A stretch of 64,000 nt of DNA, taken from Malacoraja senta. Its lineage: Eukaryota. A program made the translations under genes and the position numbers. This document shows positions 1-11,942 of this stretch, piece by piece; position 1 is the first letter of the stretch, and each line of letters opens with the position of its first letter. The stretch is taken from the NCBI GenBank assembly GCA_038087875.1, contig JAXLNO010000176.1, positions 1-64,000 on the forward strand, written 5' to 3'. Under the pieces are notes generated by a model. That model had not been told where the DNA came from. It saw only the letters and a list, made by a program, of their open reading frames with translations, and ran no database searches.

Positions 1-1140
1 GTTTATTTTTCCTTTGTTCTTTATTAAGGAACACGGTAAATTTTACACAGATCTCAACATGAACAATGTCTCAAAGGTGTGATCTCTGCTTCAAAATAAA
101 AATGAGACATAGGCATTCTGTCCTCAAAGAGTTAAGGATTAGCGCTGAGCTCTGTACGCACAAAATACATATCTGTAGCAATATATACAGCAGACATTTG
201 ACTGAAAGAGTTATTTAAGCATCTAATAGCACTAGTCTGAAGCTACACAAGGAGCCACAAAAACAGTAAACAAATCATGCAGACTTTGAAAGAGATTGAG
301 TTACCTTAGGTCTGGAGAGTGAATGGTCTGAGATTCCCACCACATGCTGTTAGCTGACTTCCATTCAGTCATAATCCTTTCTTTAAGCATAGAAGCAGAA
401 TTCAAAGCATCCCTTTATCTAATCCTGCAGCTGCTGTCAGTCCCCCAAGTTAATGCAGCCCATGAGTAACAGCTCTACATAAACCCAACCAACCTACAGT
501 TCCTTCCAGCCAGCTCTGCAAATGAGCCTGCCCAGTAGCAGCAAAATGATCTGAAGCGTGGAGTAACATCTGTGTGTTTTTGAATGGAGAAGCTAGTCCT
601 GGTACCCTGTGAGCCCACCCCCACGGGGGCTTGGGACTTGTACTGCGAACGGTCCGTACCACAGGATACAGCTACCCAGGGTGGGTTGCTGGTACCCTCG
701 CCGTAACAGCTGCATGCAAATCACTGGAAGTCTTTCTCAATTATCCCCGAGAAAGAATGGTTTCTGCCACCTAACAGGAAATAGTCCAGCTAGTTACAAT
801 ATAAATCCACAAAATGTGCTTCATTCTTATAGAGGCAACAATGAGATGTCTGATGCTGCTGCTTAACTGATCGCTATTGCTTTAGATTTTTCTTAAATGG
901 CGTAAATTTAAGATAAATTGAAAATAAATGAATAAAGGAAATTGCTTTATGCACATAATTGCTTTCAATGCTTATGTACTAAATTACATCGATACAGATA
1001 TTTGAGATTAGCTGTAACAGCATATAAAATCTGAACATTAGGAATGCTCACAATGCCATAGATGAGTTTGATTCACACTTTTAAGATCATAAAACTTAAA
1101 CTCTAATAGATCTAACAATCTCAGGCTTTCTCTCCTGTGC

Positions 1141-1172
1141 ATCTCTCTCTCTCTCTCTCTCGCTCTCTCTCT
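1141..1172. repeat. (CT)n microsatellite
   Basis: Directly visible tctctc run. Confidence 0.9.
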
Positions 1173-1759
1173 TTCTCCCTACCTCATGCATGGAATTGAT
1201 TCCGTGGGTTTTCTCACAGTCAGTAAAATTTTAATATATTTGGTTCAATTTTCTTCTTTCCTTTCCTGAAGTCGCTGATATAACAATCTCCTGGCATCAT
1301 ACGAATCAATCATCTCAGCTGCTCTGGATAATGATGTACGTAGGGTGTGTATACGACAGTTAGTATGAGAGGGAATACATTTTCATGTGTGTTTATGTGG
1401 CGATGTGTGAAGTTTAGGACACAAAGGAATATTCCACCTGAAACCAGTGTGTAGTCTATCTCACTCACATTCTGGCCAGTAGGGGTCATTGGATAGTGCT
1501 CTGCACAGGAACCCAAATGAATTATTTCCAGATTAGGATGCTGAAACCCAAGTCAAGTCAAGTTGAGTTGAGTTCATTGTCATCTACAAGAGTACGGTGA
1601 GATACAGGTACAATGAAAAATGTGCTTTCAGCATCATCGCAGGCACATTGACTCAGATAATACATAAACATAAATTACCCATATATTTTACAAGACAGTG
1701 AAAATAAAAAAATATTGTGCGCAAGCAAGGCTTTAGTGCAAAAACATAATTTAAAAAAC

Positions 1760-3590
1760 AAGTGCATGGTAGTGCAAGAGGCGGTCCGTAGCGTTCCGTT
1801 GCTGAAATGGGGATAGGGTTGTGCAGGTTAGTTCAAGATCCTGATGGTTTAAGGAAGTAGCTGTTGCTGAACCTGCTGGTCGGTGACACCAGGTGGTGTA
1901 CCTCCTGCCCAGTGGTAGCAAAGAGGGCAAGTTGAGTTTGTTGTCATATGCACAAGTACAGTGAAGTAAAGATGTAGTGAAGATCTTGCCTGCGGCAGCC
2001 ATGGACAATACACAAACATGATTATAGATGCTGCCTTCTTAAGGCAGTGCCTCACATAGATGCTTACAATTGTGGAGAGGGCTGTGCCCTTGATGGACCA
2101 GGCCGAGTCCACCACTCTCTACAAATAGGCGCAAAATGTTAGAGTAACTCAGCGAGACAGGCAGTACTGTCCCGCTGAGATACTCCAGCATTTTGTGTCT
2201 ATCTTCGGATTAAACCAGCATCTGCAGTTCCTTCCTACACCCTCTACAACCTCTTGAGTTTCTGTGAATTGGAATTGCCATACCAGTCCATGATACAACC
2301 AGTCAGGATACATTCTACAGTGCATCCCTCGAGGTTTGTTAGAGTTTTCGGTGACATGCTGCATCTGTTCAAACTCCTTGGACTATAAAAGCGCTGGCGC
2401 ATTTATTCATGATCACATTCAACGCGTCAAATCATCCAACAATTTGATTACCCCTCTCCACTGCTGACCCACCAATAAAAACCACCTCATGGTCTCCAGA
2501 TTCCCCGTTGAAAGTCAACAATTAGTTTTTGCCGGCGCTGTGCAAGAGTTTGTTGTTGTGGCACCACTCGACCAAATGTTCTATTTCCCTGCTGTACGGT
2601 GACTCTTTACCACCTGTGATTTGGCCAAAATCGGTGTTGTCGTCAGATGGCATTGGAGGTGTGCTTTGTTACGTAGTCATGGATGTAAAGAGAGCAGAGG
2701 GCTGAACATACAGCCCTGAGGTTCACCTGTGTTGATGGCCAGTGAGGAGGAGATGTTGTGATTGATCTGCACTAATTGTGGTCTGTTGGCGAGAATGTCA
2801 TGGATCCATTTCCAGCTGCAAAGGGGGGTACCAAGGTCCAGGTCTTGGAGCTTGGCGATGAATTCGAAGGGGATGGTTGGGTGGAATGCCGAGCCATAGT
2901 TGATGAACAGCAGCCTGACGAACGTCTTCCTGTTATCCAAATGTTATCCAATATACCAGTGGAGAGTCAGTGATGTAGCATCTGCTGTTGACCTGCTATG
3001 ACCTGCTATGGAATTGCCATACCAGTCCATGATACAACCAGTCAGGATACATTCTACAGTGCATCCCTCGAGGTTTGTTAGAGTTTTCGGTGTCTTTTCT
3101 GAGGTGGGAGTTGGTTCATGCCATAACCACCCTCTCAAAGCACCTCATTACAGTGGATGTAAGCGCTACCAGATAGTAATCATTGAGGCAGATCACCATG
3201 TTTTTCATGGGCACTAGTATTAAACATGTCCTTCTGATGAGCTGGGAACTTCAGACTGCAGAAGCAAGAGGTTAATGAGGTTAAGAGGTCTGAAGAAGGG
3301 TCTCAACCCGAAAAATCACCCATTCCTTCTCTCTGGAGATGCTACCTGTCCCATCCAGCATTTTGTGTCGATCTTCGATTTAAACCAGTATCTGCAGTTC
3401 CTTCCTACACACGAGGTTAACTATGTCATTGAGTACTCCAAGCAGTAGGTCTACACTGATCTTCATCACTAAATCAGGTATCCCGTTTTGCCCGGATGCT
3501 TTGTGTGAATTCACCCACTTGAACCAAGGTTTGACATCAGCCTCAGAGACTGAAATCACAGGATAGTCAGGGCTGTGGACCCATCTTGCA
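1760..3590 (-). mobile_element. Decayed Rex1/Babar-type non-LTR retrotransposon RT fragment, interrupted by short repeats
   Basis: Minus-strand peptides RLLFINYGSAF..., TGEPQGCMFSPLL, CTVECILTGCIMDWYGNS, VNSHKASGQNGIP resemble Rex/Babar RT motifs; many stops and frameshifts. Boundaries approximate. Confidence 0.75.
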
Positions 3591-4519
3591 GAAACAAGGA
3601 AGATGCTGTTTTTTACCAAAGATAGACACAAAGTGCTGGAGTAATCAGTGGGTAAGGCAGCATCTCTGGAGAAGATCTCTCCAGGGATCTACAGAGTATC
3701 TCTCCAGAGATGCTGCCTGACCCGCTGAGTTCTCTAGCACTTTGTGTCTACCTGTGGACCCATCTCGTTTGCCTAACTAATACAAACAGAAGCAATTCAG
3801 ACTGGGGAGTGAATTCAGAAGATGCTTGGCCTAAAAGATTCGGTTCCACATCAGGTAACAGAAATGCTTTGCCAATGTTTATGCTGTTGTTTTTTAATTA
3901 AGTTTGGCTATTTGATGCTTCCAGCATTGTCATTATGCTGTGCGTCACCCTAATAGCATTATGCAAGGACCCAATAATCTATAAATTAGCCTCCACTGAG
4001 GCTGTCAAAGCTACATTTCTGCATCATGATTTAGCATCATTGAGAATAATGCCACCTTTGTCTCATATTATGGCCCAGCAAAGTGCAAATGTGCTCCTGT
4101 GCTTACAGATAGGGATAATGAATACAAATGTTTGAAGGTGATGATAAACCTGTGCAGAATAGTTGCTAGTTAGGTGGCTAGATTTGTGCACCCTTTTGTA
4201 GAACGGACAATGGTGCCATGAAAAAGCTGTAGCAAGGATTAATTAAGATTATATCAGGAATAAGAGGATATAATTATGATGTGCGATTTAAATAATTGGA
4301 GCTGTGTTAGAGGTTCAGAAAAGGTCAAGGAGATTTTGACAAAGACATGCAAAGTTATAAGAGGCTAAATCACAAATGTTTATTTCTGGAGTTTTTTTGT
4401 AAATTTACAATTGTTTATCAACTCAGAAAAGAGGGATTGGAAATGTTGTTTTTGCATTTAGGAGTGAATTACATAAATACCTGAAGGGAGAAGGTATGAG
4501 GGGAAGCAGAAGAGTCATG

Positions 4520-4990
4520 GATTCATAGAATCAAACAGCATAGAAACAGGCCCTTTGGCCCTACTTGCCCATGACAACCAAGATGCCCCATCTACAATAG
4601 TCCCATCTGCCCGCATTTGGTCCATATCCCTCTACACTTTCCCTATCAATGTACCTGTCCAAATGTCTTTTAAATGTTGTTATTGTTCCTACTGCAACTA
4701 CCTTATCTGGCTGCTTGTTCCAAAACCCACCACACTCTATGTGGAAAAGTTGCACCTTGGATTCCTATTAAATCTTTTGTCTCTCATCTTCAATCAATGT
4801 CCTCTGGTTGTTGTTTCCCCTACTCTTGGTAAATGACTTTACCCTATCTATTCCCCTCATGATTATACGCACCTCTGTCAGATCACTCCTCATCCTCCTG
4901 TGCTCCAAGGAATAAAGTCCTAACCTGCCTGCATTCTGGCTCAGGCCCTTAAGTGTTGGCAACATCCTCATAAATCTTCTCTGCACTCTC
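4520..4990 (-). mobile_element. CR1/HER1-like LINE 3' fragment
   Basis: Peptide QRRFMRMLP...LGLYSLEHRRMRSDLTEV...IMRGIDRV followed by the typical CR1 3' UTR. Confidence 0.85.
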
Positions 4991-5021
4991 TAAGTAAAAA
5001 TGAATCTTAACATTACATTTA

Positions 5022-5782
5022 AAAAAGGGCAAAAAGTGCTGGATTAACTCAATGGGTGAGGCTGCATCTGTAGAGAACATGGATAGGTGACCTTTCCGAT
5101 CTGGACCCTTCTTCAGACTGATTCTATGGCAGGGAGGATGGTGGAGAAAGCTGAAGAGAGGAGGGGCAAGACAAAGCCTGGCAGGTTATAGGTTGACAGA
5201 TGGTTGGACAAAGGTCAGAGATTAAAAGAGACAAAAGGATTGAAGAGATGCAAATTGTGAAGTTAGAGGAACGAATGTAAGTTGAAGGGGAGGCGGAGGA
5301 GCAAAATAGGTTCAAGTCCTGGTGGGGCAGATGGGAGAGTGGGGATTGGAGGTGGAAAGATGTGAGGAAGAAGGGATGGGGGCGGGGGGGGGAGGGAGGT
5401 TTAGTTACATAATATTGGTCACACCATTCGGTTGTTGGCTACCCAGGTACAATAGGAGGTGCTGTTCCATTAGAGTGCAAATGGCCTCACTCTGGCAATG
5501 GAGGAGGCCCAGGACAGAAAGGTCCATTTTGGAATGGGAAGCGGAGTTTCCCATTATGGGAATGGTTAGCAACCGGAAGAACCAGTAAGCTTTGGTGGAC
5601 TGAGCTCAAGTATTCGGTGAAACGGTCGTCAAGTCTACACTTGGTCTCGCTGATGTGCAGAAATTGGGAACACCGGATGCAGTAGATGAAGTTAGAGGGA
5701 GTGTACACGATCCTCTGTCTCACCTGGAAGGGCTGCTGGGGTCCCTGAATGTGGATGATGGAGGAGGTATAGGAACAGGGGC
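5022..5782 (-). mobile_element. Penelope-like element fragment: GIY-YIG endonuclease remnant plus terminal repeat
   Basis: ORF 5487-5873 contains QGPQQPFQVRQR...SNFIYCIRCSQ.LHISETKCRLDDRFTEYLSSV...LPVANH, resembling the PLE GIY-YIG domain; downstream on the minus strand is CTGAAGAAGGGTCCAGATCGGAAAGGTC. Confidence 0.8.
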
Positions 5783-7084
5783 ATGTCCTGCATCTGTACA
5801 AATGTTTGTTAAATGTTGCGATAGAAGCTGCCTCAACTACCTCCTCCAGCAGCTCGTTCCATGCACCCCCCACCCTCAGGTTCCTATTATTCTTCTGGAA
5901 ACATATTTGTCCAATAATTCAAATAAACAATATTACTAATACTATTTGAAAAATAAGTATGGAGCTAAATACAAAATTCTGGAGGAATTTAGTGGATTAT
6001 GCATCATCTATGGAGGCAAATGAATAGTCAACGTTTTGGGTTGAGACCCTGCATCCTCCAGCCATTTGTTTTGCTCCAGTTTCCAGCATCTGCAGTCTCT
6101 TAGATCTCTGGAAAATAAATTTGCTGGAAAGTGAACATAATTTTCTTAATAGCCAAACCATTTAATGCTTAAGTTAGAATGTTTCCAGATAACATTCTAA
6201 CCAATGTTATCATCAAATCCAATGATATTTTAAAAAAAAGAGATTAGTGTAGGATAAATGTGAATGGGTGGTTGATGGTCAACATGGACTCAATGGGCCG
6301 AAGGGCCTGTTTCCGTGCTGTATCCCTGCATGATTATAACTTTTACTAATATAAGAAGCATTTGCTGAGATTTTTCTAGGTGACATTGCACATGCTGTGA
6401 TTTTTCTACCTGTTACCAAATGAAATGTAAAATTGGTAATTATTGAATTGACTTGTAGCAAGTCAAGCCATTTTTTCTTAATCTGTAGTAGTGTAAAATG
6501 AGGACATGTTATGGATAAAATGCTTGATTGAAATGGCTACAGTCAATTAGATGAAATAATTACGCTCTACCTTTACATCCTATTGTTTTTGATTAAGCTG
6601 TTTCATTTATAAGCAATTTAATGTCTCTGTTTGCAACAAAATTGCACAGCAATTGATTTCACTAGTTTGGAATAAAAGTTGTCAGGACGGCATTAATGGA
6701 AATATCAGTATACTGGAGGTCTCCAGGTTAAGACAGGGTGCTTTTCCTGAGAACAGTTCATTAACAGGGTGTTTGGAAATGAACAAAAACAGTGTGTGGA
6801 AGAGGACCACAGAAACAGCGGTGACATGAGAGTGAGCAGGGTGGGAAGAACGGTTGGTAGCCAGCCTTACTGATTCACTAACACATAGAAACATAGAAAA
6901 TATATGCAAGAGCAGGCCATTCGGCCCTTTGAGCTAGCACCGCCATTCAATATGATCATGACTGATCATCCTAATATAGTACCCCGTTTCCTTTTTTCTC
7001 CCCATATCCCTTGATTCCGTATTCAGTGAATGAGTCTACCAGGCTCGACACAGACCTTGATTGTTACAGCTGAGGGTAGAGAAA

Positions 7085-7309
7085 TAAGTTGAATAGTGAA
7101 AGGCCTGGAAAGAGTGGATGTGAGGAGGATGCTTCCACTAGTGGGAGATACTAAGACCAGAGGCCATAGCCTCAGAATAAAAGGACTTACCTTTCAGAAG
7201 GAGACGAGGAGGAATTTCTTTAGTTAGAGGGTGGTGAATCAATGGAATTCATTGTCGCAGGTTGTGGAGTCCAAGTCAATTGATTTTTTTTAAGCCAGAG
7301 ATAGATAGA
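7085..7309 (+). mobile_element. CR1 3' fragment, left half (host of DIRS copy 1; continues at 12158-12300)
   Basis: ...gcctggaaagagtggatgtg...gagatagatagat joins seamlessly with tcttgaatagtatgggtgtcagggg after the DIRS; same family as 16060-16520. Confidence 0.85.
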
Positions 7310-7515
7310 TTTTACTTCGGAGTCACGTGAGTGACAACGTGAAGAACCCCGCCAGGACGCATGCGTGTCATATATCGCTACACGCATTGCGAAACAGTCA
7401 CACGGGTGGAACGACGTTCCCCCTCAGCGGCAAAGTTTAAAAGCTGGGAACTGCAGGTAAGTGATACTCTGCATTCTTTTTGTTCTCTACATGCTGTCTT
7501 ACAGGTGTAGAGTCA

Positions 7516-8751
7516 ATGGACAAAACGAGGAAAACCAAGAAGGCTGCTCCAAAGCTGGCGAGGGAGGACCGCGGAGTTGCGGGCAGCCAGCAGCGGCCAG
7601 CGGCACGTGAATCACCCGTAATTGGAACAGCTGTGCCCGACTTCGCCCCCGCACCGGCCAGATCTACACCACGGCCGGGCGGTAAGGCAATACAAAAGTC
7701 TAATAGAGTCGTTGACTCGGATGAGTCCGACTTTGAGCAGCCGCGAGCGGCCAGCGACCGTGAACGCTGGAGCCGGATGGAGCGGCTTATGGAGCAAATG
7801 CTCCAACGTGACAGGCTCCGGGAGATGGAGTCTAGTTACTGTGGGCAATTTAATACACCCACAGCAGCACCTCTTGTAGGTCTGCACAGTGCATCTCCCT
7901 CGTCAGAGGGGAGTACTGGGGGTCAATTCTGGGCTGACCCTGAAGAGGGGTTTCCAGAACAAACATCAAGTGTGCGAGGGGTGCAGGAAGACGAAAATCT
8001 ACTGGACATGGTGTCCTAATTCATACAGCCAGACCAAACTGGCCGAAACCTGGAACCGAAACTAGCTGCCAGTATTGACTATATGTCATTTAAGCAGCTA
8101 CAGGAACAGGCTGTATTGGACACCACGGCAAGACATTTGCCACCTGGGAACTGTACATCCCTGAATGTTCCCATTGTAAATAATTGCATATGGAAACACG
8201 TCGGAGCAGGAGTTCGAGGCATGGATGTCAAACTCCAAAAAGTACTAAAGCTCCTAACAACGGGAATAACAGCTTTCGCCCGGACAGTAGATGAAAAGGA
8301 GATGTCGCAGGATCAACAGGATGCACTGGCACTCCTCTGTAATACCCAATACGAAATTAACGTCATCAGGAAGAGTGCCATCCGACCTGCTTTAAACCCG
8401 AAATTTGCAGGTCTGTGCAAACCTGGCAACATAAAACCACCAATTTTACTATTTGGAGGTAACCTATCCAAACAAGTCAAAGAGCTCGATGAGGAGGCAA
8501 AAACCCTGGGGCTCATCAAAGCGACATTATCAAAAACCTACTATGGTCATAAACAGCACCCTTATGCACCCACCAGTAGAACAAGACAAACTGGTGAAAG
8601 CTCAAAGGCCAGGTTCACTGCACATGGGTCTTTTTTAGGCCATGGCCCAGACCGGCCTTCGTGGAAGATGCGCAAACCCCCAACACCAACCCAACCACAA
8701 ACCCAGACACCGGCGCCTCAACCTCCACGATGGATTCACAAAAGGAAGTAA
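7516..8751 (+). pseudogene. DIRS ORF1 (gag-like), one in-frame stop at 8017-8019
   Basis: ORFs 7480-8019 and 8083-8751 are in the same frame; motifs VPIVNNCIW, LQKVLK, RKSAIRPALNPKFAGLC, LLFGGNLSKQVKEL are homologous to the copy 2 gag. Confidence 0.85.
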
Positions 8752-10694
8752 ACCAGCCACTGGTAACTATGGAGGTAGGTGGGTCTGGTTCCTTACGAAT
8801 TGCAGGGAGTATGGAGGTTGGTGGGAGATTACACTTGTTTCTGGATGAATGGAGTATGTTAACTACAGACACTTATATTTTAAGCAGTATCCAGGGATAT
8901 ACCATAGAATTTATACACAAACATAGCCCTCCAGTTCAGCGTGTACCGAACCGAATGTTCGTACTTTCAGGTAAAGAAAAATCAGAAGCACATGCTGAAC
9001 TGGAGCGGCTTTACGTAAAACGGGTAATTGAAAAAACCCAACACGAATCGCTGGAATTTGTGTCCAATACCTTTACCAAAAACAAAAAAGATGGCGGTTG
9101 TCGCATCATCATAGATTTGACAAATTTGAATACTTTTGTGCAATATATTCATTTCAAAATGGAAACCTTTGTTACTGCTAAACAATTGATTTCCAAAGGT
9201 TACTTCATGGCTAGCATCGATTTAAAAGATGCTAACTATTCAGTCCCTATACGAGGTGACCACAGATGTTATTTAAAAGTCAACTGGATGGGACAGCTCT
9301 GGCAGTACAGAGCACTACCAAATGGGCTAACATCAGCCCCTAGGCTGTTCACTAAAATTTTGAAACCAGCCCTATCGTTTCTGCGGAAACAAAAACACAT
9401 GGTGATGGCATAACTAGATGACATACTCATTGTGGGCAAAACTTTGGAATTGGCCAAAGAAACGGTAACAGCCACAAAACAATTATTTGAAAAACTGGGG
9501 TTTATCATCCATCCAGTTAAATCTAAATTAAACCCTTCCACCACAATGGATTATTTGGGGTTCACCATTAACTCAGTTCACATGTCGGTGACTTTGCCTA
9601 AGGAAAAGGCTATAGCCTTAATAGAGGCTTGCAATAACCTCATTGACATCAGTAAACCATCCATCAGATTGGTAGCAAGAATAATTGGCAAAATAGTGGC
9701 TGCCTTTCCAGCCACACAATTTGGACCTTTACATTATCAAAATTTACAGAGGGCAAAAATACGAGCACTCAAAGTTAATGCTGGTCATTTTGACAGACCA
9801 ATGAAGCTACCAATCGAAGCCATAATGGAACTAAAATGGTGGACAGATAACAGTCGGCATTGTTCCAATCCAATCGTTATCAGCAACCCTTCTATGGTGC
9901 TACAAACTGATGCCAGTGCACTTGGTTGGGGTGCTACCAATTCCATCTCCAGCTGTGGAGGCAGATGGACTGCACAGGAGGCGTCATTATTACAAACACT
10001 GGGCATAAACTACCTGGAAATGTTGGGTGTATTCCATGGCCTAACGTCATATTGTTCTGGGTTACATCACCAGCATGTTAGACTACAGATTGACAATACC
10101 ACGGTGGTAGCATATATCAACCACATGGGTGGAAACAAATCGATATCATGTGACAATCTGGCCAACACAATTTGGCAATGGGGTATCCAGAAAAATATTT
10201 GGATATCAGCCACTTACCTACCAAGTAAACTATATTCAGTGGCAGACACCAGGTCACGCAAATTTAATGAAAACACCGAATGGATGTTGGATAAAAAAGT
10301 ATTTGCTGATATTACAGCATGGTATGGAACACCAGATATCGATCTATTCGCATCCAGGCTTGATCACCAGTTATCAAACTATGTTTCATGGGAACCAGAT
10401 CCTGGGGCTGCGGCGACAGATGCATTTTCGCTGCATTGGGGGAAATTGTTTATTTATGCATTCCCTCCTTTCTGCCTCATCAGTCGGGTATTAAGGAAAA
10501 TACAGCAAGTCTCTGCGTCTGGTATTTTGGTAGTACCCGATTGGCCTACTCAACCATGGTTCCCTGTGATACTCGACATGGTATTAGAACCATGCATCAC
10601 CATCTGGCCTAGACCAGATTTACTGGTTCATCCCGTAACAAGGGAAAGCCACCCATGTCATAACCATATGAACTTATTAATTTGTAGAGTCTAA
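8661..10694 (+). pseudogene. DIRS pol: reverse transcriptase - RNase H - adenine methyltransferase-like domain; TAA at the YLDD tyrosine (9411-9413)
   Basis: ORFs 8661-9413 and 9432-10694 are in the same frame; RT motifs RIIIDLTNLN, SIDLKDA, LPNGLTSAPRLFTK, MA*LDD; RNase H TDAS/INYLE/DNTT; methyltransferase-like IDLFAS...YAFPPF. Confidence 0.92.
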
Positions 10695-11692
10695 AAGTAC
10701 CTCTACTGCAACTGGGACTGACGGACCGAACAGTGAACATTATTTCAGCGGCCCACAGACAGTCCACCAAAAAACAGTACCTGGTATACATCAGGAAATG
10801 GGAGATGTACTGTCACAGAAACAACATCACCTACAGATCCATGAACATCCTGTCTGTTCTGGAATTCCTGGCAGGCCTCCATTACGATGAGGGGCTCAGT
10901 TATAGTGCCATCAATTGCACCAGAAGTGCCCTGTCAACATAACTATACCAAGGAACAGAGCGTCATTCTGTTGGAACTCACCCCCTGGTAACAAAGCTTA
11001 TGAGGGGAATTTTTAATATCAATCCCCCAAGAACCAGGTACTCCCAAATATGGGATGTGAGTATTGTCCTGACTATGCTAAGGAATTGGTCTCCAGCAAA
11101 AACTCTGTCCCTACAAAGACTGACACTGAAAACAGTCATGCTGATGGCATTGGTCACGGCACAAAGGGTACAGTCATTACATAAATTAAGACTGGACAAC
11201 ATGACTTCTTCATCTGGAAATATAACGTGTCATCTTTATGAATTAGTCAAGCAGAACAGACAGGGGTCAGCAGGCCTCAATATAGAATTTAGGGCTTACC
11301 CGACAGATGATCGTCTCTGTATAGTAAGACATTTACTGCTATATATGGAGAACACGAAAATCATCAGAGGCAAAGAGATGGCACTATTAATCAGCCACAA
11401 GCAACCTCACAAAAAAGTGACGGTCCAGACCATCTCAAGATGGCTGAAACAGGTTCTATTAAAGGCTGGGGTGGATACTAACATTTTCAAATCTCAAATC
11501 TCACAGGGCTGCAGCTACATCGGCAGCTATGCAGTTGGATGTTCCGATGGACCAAATCCTCAAGACAGCAGGATGGTCAAGGGAGAAAACTTTCCAACTA
11601 TTTTATCATAAACCAGTAATTAAACCTGGAACGTTTGCAGAAACAATTTTAAGTTCTGTAATATTATTTCACCCCATAAATAGGGGCTATAA
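10688..11692 (+). pseudogene. DIRS tyrosine recombinase (stop at 10940-10942, frameshift at ~11490)
   Basis: YSAINCTRSALST, PPRTRYSQIWDV, LMALVTAQRVQSL, TISRWLKQVL, ILKTAGW...FQLFYHKP; the HxxR region is disrupted by a caaatct-caaatct duplication. Confidence 0.9.
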
Positions 11693-11831
11693 TTTGGTGT
11701 TAATAAATTTATCATGGATTTCAATGTCGTATTCATGTCTAAACATGTTAACACAATTCCTCCCATTGTCATTAAGGCAGATGTGATGCATGGACTCGTT
11801 TCCACGGCATGAAATCACAGAGCTTTGAAAT

Positions 11832-11942
11832 CTTCACGTAGTCACTCACGTGACTCCGAAGTAAAATAGTAAGATTAAACGAGAACTTACCAGTTCGAAG
11901 TTTGATCATTATTTTATGAGGAGTACGTTGAGGGAATACGTG
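11832..11942 (+). repeat. DIRS internal complementary region (ICR), copy 1
   Basis: 11832-11866 is the reverse complement of the left terminus; 11867-11942 is the reverse complement of the right terminus. Confidence 0.92.

Noticed and set aside
450..866. Short ORFs 450-662 (-) and 609-866 (+) as a host exon
   Set aside because: No recognisable domain, non-ATG starts, in-frame stops close upstream, and no convincing splice pair.
8661..11692. RT + methyltransferase + recombinase as a prokaryotic retron or phage module
   Set aside because: ITR/ICR termini and gene order are fully explained by a DIRS1-type retrotransposon inserted in a vertebrate CR1.
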